The notes under the pieces are model-generated. The model was not told the origin of the DNA and did no database searches. It worked only from the letters and a program-made list of their open reading frames with translations. From positions 930,001-962,000 of the forward strand of contig LT962688.1 of the NCBI GenBank assembly GCA_900234795.1: a stretch of 32,000 bases of DNA, written 5' to 3'. This DNA is from Methylorubrum extorquens. Lineage in GTDB: Bacteria > Pseudomonadota > Alphaproteobacteria > Rhizobiales > Beijerinckiaceae. Position 1 is the stretch's first letter, and every line of letters starts with the position of its first letter. This document shows positions 26,755 to 32,000 of this stretch, in pieces. The position numbers were made by a program, and so were the translations under genes.

Positions 26755-26946
26755 AAAAACAACTTTCTGAAATTTTGGTCAGCACCAAAACGGCGCCTGT
26801 CTCGGTGATAGCAGGTTGGCGATCGTCGGGTCAAAATTCAAATCAGCCGCCGGCTTGTAACGATTTACCCTCTTGGCTTTCGTGGGCTCACTCGTTCCTG
26901 GGGGCGGCGGCGACTTGTTCGTCCTGCGCAAAGGTCCGGCCCACGA

Positions 26947-27327
26947 TCATCGCGTCTTCTTGGAGGCCGGCGTGGGCCAGTTCTTCTGCATGAACGCGTA
27001 GAGCTCTTCGTGCGGCATGAGTGGCTGTCCCATATTTCCACGAGGGCCATCTTCGGCCTTGAAGGGCGCCAGGGCCGGGTGAGTCCGCTCCTTGATCCGC
27101 TCAGCTGCCCGCTCGGGCGTGAACTCAAGCCAGCGAACTCGTTCTCTGAGGCGTGCGATCTCCGCGTCGCGCTCGTCGAGCATCACCAAGAGGGCAATGA
27201 TTTCTTCATTAGCGTCATCGGAGGAATTGGCGTTTTCGATCATGACCCAATTCTGCCGACGAACGGGCGGGAAGTCGAAATTATTCTGACTAGAAAAATT
27301 TATCGACGGATCGGCTGTCGATATCAT
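26947..27327 (-). CDS. orphan protein with coiled-coil-like centre (start 27327 or 27243)
   Basis: Track ORF, with no SD at either start. With start 27327 the gap to the divergent gene is only 36 nt; with start 27243 (MIENANSSDD...) it is 120 AT-rich nt. Confidence 0.45.
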   Translation of the reverse strand: MISTADPSINFSSQNNFDFPPVRRQNWVMIENANSSDDANEEIIALLVMLDERDAEIARLRERVRWLEFTPERAAERIKERTHPALAPFKAEDGPRGNMGQPLMPHEELYAFMQKNWPTPASKKTR

Positions 27328-27363
27328 CTAATACATCTACAACGTTTCATAGAAGCTATTCTC

Positions 27364-28107
27364 ATGGACTCCACAAAGCTTAAAAATCTGCTGGGGCAGC
27401 TCGCGGCCTTGTCCCCCGAACTCGCCGCCGGCATCGAAGAATTGACGAACTCGCAACCCACGAACTTCGACGGAAACGACATCGAAGATCACCTTCTGTC
27501 GAAGGCCGACCCTCGAACTGGCCCACTCCCGCCCAAGAACTCGATCACGTTCATGAAAACGACCCTCTGGGACAACGGCGCGGAGAAGAAGGTCACGAAG
27601 AACGGGAACACCGGCAAGCGCACGAGGTACACGGTCACGATCGAGGCCTACACGATGCCGCTCGAACGGCTCGTGACCCTCGGCCTCATCAACACGTACC
27701 AGTTCAAAAGGAACGTGCAGCTTCGCAGCCGCGATCGCTTCGTTCCCCTCGTGAAGAAGAACCATGCCTCCGGTCGTATCGACCGCGACTTCCACGACTT
27801 CTTGATCGAGTACACGAACGACACGTACATCGATCCCGACGACCTCTTCGGCTTCGTTCTCGACGCGGGCACCTGGAACTACCACTCGGACCAGTTCCTG
27901 CACCTGAAGTGGGCGACGTCCGGTGAACCGCGCCTGTTCGTGGTCCACGGCGACGACATGACCGAGGTCAATACGTGGGACGAGATCGAGAACCCGAAGG
28001 GCGAAGCACGCAAGAAGTACGAGAACGAGATCGACAACTGCGGATATCGAAATGCGCAGAGGACGAACTCGGCCACAAAGAAAAGGACGGGTCGCCGGCC
28101 ACGGTGA
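27364..28107 (+). CDS. orphan protein (247 aa) with basic C-terminal tail ...TKKRTGRRPR
   Basis: ATG 27364 (MDSTKLKNLL...) lies inside track ORF 27010..28107. It has lower GC than its surroundings. Its stop is immediately followed by the 15-bp inverted repeat. Confidence 0.65.
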   Translation: MDSTKLKNLLGQLAALSPELAAGIEELTNSQPTNFDGNDIEDHLLSKADPRTGPLPPKNSITFMKTTLWDNGAEKKVTKNGNTGKRTRYTVTIEAYTMPLERLVTLGLINTYQFKRNVQLRSRDRFVPLVKKNHASGRIDRDFHDFLIEYTNDTYIDPDDLFGFVLDAGTWNYHSDQFLHLKWATSGEPRLFVVHGDDMTEVNTWDEIENPKGEARKKYENEIDNCGYRNAQRTNSATKKRTGRRPR

Positions 28108-28108
28108 T

Positions 28109-28168
28109 CCGATATCATAGACTAGATTAGATCTATGTACGAAGTACCTAATTTAGTCTATGATATCG
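28109..28168. repeat. perfect 15-bp inverted repeat CGATATCATAGACTA (28110-28124 / 28154-28168) with AT-rich spacer
   Basis: Read directly; it extends to 18/19 pairing. It starts 2 nt after the stop of 27364..28107. Confidence 0.9.
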
Positions 28169-28192
28169 CTTGCGCTGAAGGGGTCTATGTCT

Positions 28193-28387
28193 TCTATGAT
28201 ATCGGCCGCCTCCGGCTCCCTCGTCCTCGAAGTCCGGTGACCTCGATCCTGCATGAACTCGACCCCGTGACCGAGTTCTTGTGACCCCAGTGATCTCGTA
28301 GCTGGACCTCGTGATTCCGGCCTCGAAGCCCGAACATCCTCGATCTTCGACCCGGGAGTGATACCGGGGCCGCACCGATATCATAGA
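28193..28387. repeat. second inverted pair of the same 13-mer (TCTATGATATCGG 28193-28205 / CCGATATCATAGA 28375-28387) bracketing 169 nt
   Basis: Read directly. The bracketed segment has stops in all plus frames, six GTGAY and four CCTCGA motifs. Confidence 0.9.
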
Positions 28388-28515
28388 GAATATTGCTCGT
28401 CCGACCTCGAACCGGTAGACGGCCAGGGCCGAATGGGAGGTCTGCCAGACACCGGACGTCACCCACGGTCGAAGGTACCACATGCCGGAAGAGTCTCGCG
28501 CGCGTACGGTTCTGC

Positions 28516-28959
28516 ATGAACCTCCGCATCCCGCTCCCGCCGGCCGTTGCCCGCATCTACGAGGCCGTGGCCGAGCTCTCCACCCGCTATCCCGGTCGCA
28601 GTTTCACGCCGGACGGCCATCTCGTCGGCTCGATCGGCGAAGTGGTCGCCGCCGAGGCTCTCGGCCTCACCCTCTACCGACAATCTTCGCCTGGCCACGA
28701 TGCGGTCGATTCGACAGGCCGCGAGGTGCAGATCAAGATGACGGGCGGTAATGGGGTTGCGCTCTACGCCACCTGCGCACGTCTCGTCGTCCTGAAGGTC
28801 GTCTCCCCAACCGAGGCGGAGATCGTCTTCGACGGCGACGGTGCGCGAGCCTGGGAGCAGGCGGGCAAGATGGGCAAGAACGGGCAGCGGCAGATCTCCC
28901 TCTCTAGGCTGCGCAGGATCGCGGTCGCGGCCGCTCCGCAAGAGGTAGAGGCGGCGTGA
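28516..28959 (+). CDS. small stand-alone PD-(D/E)xK-like (Mrr-catalytic-domain-like) protein, 147 aa
   Basis: ATG 28516 (MNLRIPLPP...) lies inside track ORF 28393..28959. GSIGEVVAAEALGL...GHDAVDSTGREVQIKMT resembles the E...D...QxK arrangement of Mrr-type nucleases. No SD was seen. Confidence 0.5.
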   Translation: MNLRIPLPPAVARIYEAVAELSTRYPGRSFTPDGHLVGSIGEVVAAEALGLTLYRQSSPGHDAVDSTGREVQIKMTGGNGVALYATCARLVVLKVVSPTEAEIVFDGDGARAWEQAGKMGKNGQRQISLSRLRRIAVAAAPQEVEAA

Positions 28960-29350
28960 TGTCCTCCGTCCGCGGATCGGGACGCCGACCGGGAAGATCG
29001 AGTTCGGCCCCGTAGATGCGCACGAACACGACCGGGATGATGCCCAAATAGATCGCCCTGGAGAGCCGCAGGCCCGCGTATAGACGATGGGGGAAGCGTG
29101 GGCCTGATCGTCGGTATGGCGATGTTCCGCAGCATGTGATTTCCGCGGCAAGCCCGTCAACGCGTTCCAGGTCGGGAGCTACGACGATGTCGATGTGGTC
29201 CGCCAAGTAGACGACCGCCTCCTTCTCGAAGATGTTCGAGACGACGGCCTCATCGTGTCGTGGAAGATCACGGGTTTGTTCGTGCCCGGGCAAAGCCAGC
29301 GGGGTCGCGTCGTAACGGCGATCGAGTTCGTCGTCGTTGTCGGGGGGCAA
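28904..29350 (-). pseudogene. doubtful or disrupted ORF; upstream frame joins it across G6 run 29342-29347
   Basis: Track ORF (TTG start) overlaps the 3' end of 28516..28959 by 56 nt. An upstream frame reads VPQYLHPDDHEYAGTTNAIGFIAP and would fuse to ...DNDDELDRRYDATPLALPGHEQT... if one base of the run were removed. Confidence 0.25.
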
Positions 29351-29692
29351 TGAAGCCGATTGCGTTGGTGGTGCCCGCGTATTCGTGATCGTCAGGGTGC
29401 AAGTATTGGGGCACGTTGTCGTTCGCGTATCAATTGGCCACGGTCGACATCATGATCGGCCGGACGACTGGCCGCATGGATTTGCAAATAGGTCAGCAAG
29501 TCTACACGGACGCCCTACCACGAGACAGCCCAGTCGATTGACGCGAAGAGGTCGCCGACAACCTCGATCAGGCCCAAGAACACGCCCACGAAGAAAGGGG
29601 TCACGGCGTAGACGACCTGGGCCAATTATCTAAGGACGGGGATCGAGCCAACGACGGCGCAGCGTAAGAGTGTGGATACGCCCCGCTAGCCC

Positions 29693-29730
29693 GTGAGCAG
29701 ATCGGGCGGCGGGGCTGCTCACGTTTCGTT
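29693..29730 (+). terminator. hairpin GTGAGCAG-N14-CTGCTCAC followed by GTTTCGTT
   Basis: 8-bp perfect stem read directly. It lies 48 nt upstream of the GTG start of 29778..30134 and could be a terminator or a 5'-UTR element. Confidence 0.3.
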
Positions 29731-29777
29731 AACCGTCCTGCTGGACTCTGCCGCCCGTTCAGCATGGGAGGCCAGCC

Positions 29778-30134
29778 GTGGCTCCGGACCTCTACGACGA
29801 TCACTGCCCCGTGCCACTCAAGACTCTCGGCACGATCTACCGTGCGGACGAGTTCGTGCTGTCGGATCTCCTCGCCACGATCCCAGAAGAGACGCGGGCT
29901 CGCTTGGCCGTCTATCTCTATGGACGCAGCCACACCCATGCACTTGGCATCAAGGTGGCCGCGACGTGCGATGGTGAGGCACTACGGGACGCCTCAGGCG
30001 TCGTTGGCAGCATCCTCTACGACTTGTCGCGTCAGCCACTCACTAAGCGTGGCGATGGGAACTCCTCGAAGATGAGCATCAGCCTCGCTGGTTCCCGAGC
30101 GAGCAGCAGGTCAATCGCCTCCGCCGCTCATTGA
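29778..30134 (+). CDS. hypothetical protein (118 aa)
   Basis: GTG 29778 with GGGAGG 6 nt upstream. The product reads MAPDLYDDHCPVPLKTLGTIYRADEFVLSDLL...ARLAVYLYGRSHTHALGIKVAATCDGEALR. I believe similar conserved hypotheticals exist in Rhizobiales (memory only). Confidence 0.55.
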   Translation: MAPDLYDDHCPVPLKTLGTIYRADEFVLSDLLATIPEETRARLAVYLYGRSHTHALGIKVAATCDGEALRDASGVVGSILYDLSRQPLTKRGDGNSSKMSISLAGSRASSRSIASAAH

Positions 30135-30285
30135 TTGTTAACCATACCGTCCCCATTTCAGAGACATGCCGATCGCGATCCTGTCGCTTGATCGGACGCG
30201 GCCACGATGCCGGGATGAGGGTGACGCCGGATGTACGCGCACCTTCGTTCCGGCTCTCGTGGCCGTTCTCTTTTCTGCGACCACC

Positions 30286-30534
30286 TTAGAAGGCGGCGGC
30301 CTGCTTCACCCGATCGCTGGTAGCCGGAACCTTCCATTGGACTGCACCGGGAAGGGCATAGCCGCCCTGGCGGTGCACCAAGCCGACGTTGGTGGCGAGA
30401 CCCCGAGTCTCCAGGGTGAGGGCACCGACCGTCTTGGTGTTGTCGATGCCGGCCGGCTCGCCCGCGATGGCGGCGTTGGCGGTCAGGGTCAGCGCCAGAG
30501 CGGCAGCAGCGCGCGAGATGATCTGCTTGGACAT
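30286..30534 (-). CDS. small secreted protein (82 aa) with signal peptide
   Basis: ATG 30534 lies within track ORF 30286..30675. MSKQIISRAAAALALTLTANA-AIAG is a classic signal peptide with an A-x-A site. GAAGAGG lies 9 nt upstream. Confidence 0.6.
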   Translation of the reverse strand: MSKQIISRAAAALALTLTANAAIAGEPAGIDNTKTVGALTLETRGLATNVGLVHRQGGYALPGAVQWKVPATSDRVKQAAAF

Positions 30535-30543
30535 TGTGTTCAG

Positions 30544-30589
30544 CCTCTTCTTCGTTGGTGCGACGGGTGCCCGTCGCTTCGTGAAGAGG
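30544..30589 (-). promoter_or_regulatory. 5'-UTR hairpin predicted to sequester the SD of 30286..30534
   Basis: mRNA sense: CCUCUUC-ACGAA-GCGACGGG-CA-CCCGUCGC-ACCAACGAA-GAAGAGG-N9-AUG. The inner stem is a perfect 8 bp. The outer 7 bp pairs an anti-SD with the SD. Confidence 0.4.
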
Positions 30590-30811
30590 AATGTGCTGTT
30601 GGCAGCGCCATGAAGCAAATGGGTTGATTTCATAATACGGATCGATCTCGTGCATATTAGTCGGCGCGACATCAACCTGATCGTGGTGCAAGACGTGACG
30701 TAGCCGACAGGACCGTTCAGACGTTGATAGAGGCTATCCCCGATCGCAGCGGTTGAGCCTTAGGGTTCCCAACCGCGAGAGCGCCGGCCGCCATGTTCAC
30801 CCCGTTCATGC

Positions 30812-31378
30812 GTGGCCGGCGAGTCCCTGCATGTGAGCAGCATCATGAGAGACGAGAATACGGCCGCGCACTTGAACGTCGAGGCGAAGGTCGAAGCGTT
30901 GAGCGGCGCCCTTTTAGGCGACGACGAGCTTGGTGCTGTGGTTAGGGGGCACATCTACATCGAGAACGAACTCATAGCGTTCATCAAGGCCCGACTTCCG
31001 AAGCCGGAGGCAATCAAAGATCGCGACATCGATTACAACATGCGCGTGAAGCTGGCGGTTGCTCTCGGTCTCGATCCAAGCTTCGAGCCCGCCCTGAATT
31101 TTGTCGGTTCACTTCGCAATCAGTTCGCTCACAGCCTGGAGGCGAGGATCGGTAAGCAGGAGGCGGTGAATTTCGAGAAGGCTCTGGGGGCACACAGAGC
31201 GATCACGTCGGCTGCGTATCGGCAGGTCCACATCCATCTCGGAACCGAAGCCGCAGCGATCCCGACCAAGCAGCAAGAGCCGAAGGATCGGATCATCTTG
31301 TGCTTCGTGACGCTCTGGGCCGGCATCTTGATAGAGGCTCACGCGGCAGCGCTGGCGCGATCCGAAGATCAACCGTAG
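30812..31378 (+). CDS. HEPN-like protein (Rx4H motif RNQFAH); start 30812 (GTG) or 30845 (ATG)
   Basis: Track ORF with an all-helical look. ...GHIYIENELIAFIK... and ...FVGSLRNQFAHSLE... fit the HEPN R-[N]-x3-H signature. Confidence 0.5.
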   Translation: MAGESLHVSSIMRDENTAAHLNVEAKVEALSGALLGDDELGAVVRGHIYIENELIAFIKARLPKPEAIKDRDIDYNMRVKLAVALGLDPSFEPALNFVGSLRNQFAHSLEARIGKQEAVNFEKALGAHRAITSAAYRQVHIHLGTEAAAIPTKQQEPKDRIILCFVTLWAGILIEAHAAALARSEDQP

Positions 31379-31797
31379 GGGCCGCGAAACAGGTCGCCGA
31401 GAGCCTTCCGCCGGAACAGAGTCCGCCAGCGCCGCCGCTGGTGCTCGGGCTGATCGTGCAGGATGTGACATCGCTGGCAGAAGGCCGCGAGGTTCGCCGA
31501 GCTGTTGTCGGCCGTATCATGGTTCCGGTGCGCGGTGGCGAGCACCACCCGCGTCGTGCGCGCGCTCCCGAGCACATCGTCGGAGCCGACCGCGAGGCAG
31601 ACGATTGCGCCGGCTCCGTCGCGCCAGGAGGCAGCCTCCTCGTCCCACCATCGCCCATCGCCCAGGTGGAACACGGTCTGACCGTGCGGGCGCCCGCAGC
31701 CCTCGCACCGGCCCTTCGCACGGCCGAAGCGGATCACCGCCGAGAGCTGCGGCCAGTCGATCGGATAGAAGAAGCGGTGCTCGCGCCGGATCGGCAT
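31369..31797 (-). CDS. HNH-type endonuclease-like protein (142 aa)
   Basis: Track ORF with RCEGCGRPHG ... LATAHRNHDTADNSSANLAAFCQRCHILHD (Cys pairs plus H-N-H pattern). Its 3' end overlaps the HEPN-like gene by 10 nt (convergent). Confidence 0.65.
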   Translation of the reverse strand: MPIRREHRFFYPIDWPQLSAVIRFGRAKGRCEGCGRPHGQTVFHLGDGRWWDEEAASWRDGAGAIVCLAVGSDDVLGSARTTRVVLATAHRNHDTADNSSANLAAFCQRCHILHDQPEHQRRRWRTLFRRKALGDLFRGPYG

Positions 31798-32000
31798 GGC
31801 AGGGCATCGAGGCCAATGGCTACGCTTCTGCGTAGGCGATGGCCGGCCGGTTGGCTATCTCGGAGCAGTCAGCAGCAGCGCCGCCTGCTACCAAGAGTCT
31901 GTCGAGCGGATCAGCGATCGTGCGGATGACGATCTGCCGTCATTGTTCTCGCAGACGTGACGGGGCCCCCTGTTGGTCTCGCGTACGTCATTGCAATGGA

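Noticed and set aside
26773-26790. Hairpin or palindrome TTTTGGT-CAGC-ACCAAAA about 20 nt upstream of the 26248..26754 start.
   Set aside because: A 7-bp stem with a fixed 4-nt spacer is expected about twice by chance in 32 kb. It is noted only as a weak operator candidate.
29515-29625. 36-codon hydrophobic ORF on the minus strand ((TTG)-AQVVYAVTPFFVGVFLGLIEVVGDLFASIDWAVSW), considered as a type I toxin-like peptide.
   Set aside because: There is no SD, only a TTG or GTG start, and no recognisable antisense RNA partner. It cannot be distinguished from chance in GC-rich DNA.
1-32000. Scan for tRNA/rRNA-like segments, CRISPR-like direct repeats and integrase or recombinase genes.
   Set aside because: None were seen by eye. 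A dedicated tool (tRNAscan-type, CRISPR finder) would be needed to exclude small RNAs formally.

Overview
High-GC (visibly >65%) alphaproteobacterial DNA. The gene content (HWE histidine kinase, MucR/Ros, ttu-type tartrate genes, IS1182-family IS) suggests Rhizobiales or a Methylobacterium-like organism; this is inference only. No rRNA, tRNA or CRISPR array was seen. From left to right the window contains six blocks. (1) 1-4.7 kb holds many very small ORFs in paralogous families, several disrupted, plus a MucR/Ros regulator whose zinc-binding cysteines are replaced. (2) 4.7-18.5 kb is a signalling-dense stretch. It carries a GAF-PAS-pseudoreceiver-LuxR regulator, a stand-alone PAS protein, an HWE kinase with a translationally coupled receiver, an intact IS1182-family element, a chemoreceptor with a coupled small ORF, and a GGDEF cyclase split by a frameshift in a G5 run. 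(3) 18.5-19.5 kb is about 1 kb with no convincing gene. (4) 19.5-25.5 kb is a ttuB-ttuC-ttuD-pyruvate kinase tartrate operon with a divergent GntR regulator. (5) 25.6-31.8 kb is an AT-richer accessory island of orphan genes: two tandem paralogs, and a 247-aa orphan gene followed by a repeat-dense 400-nt non-coding region. That region has three exact copies of the 13-mer CCGATATCATAGA plus a 12-mer copy, arranged as two inverted pairs. The island also carries a minimal Mrr-like nuclease, a HEPN-like (RNQFAH) protein and an HNH nuclease. I consider this island the best candidate for an undescribed system (defence/conflict module or remnant of a small replicon), but its function cannot be assigned from sequence alone. 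All family calls come from my reading of motifs in the supplied translations; no searches were run.
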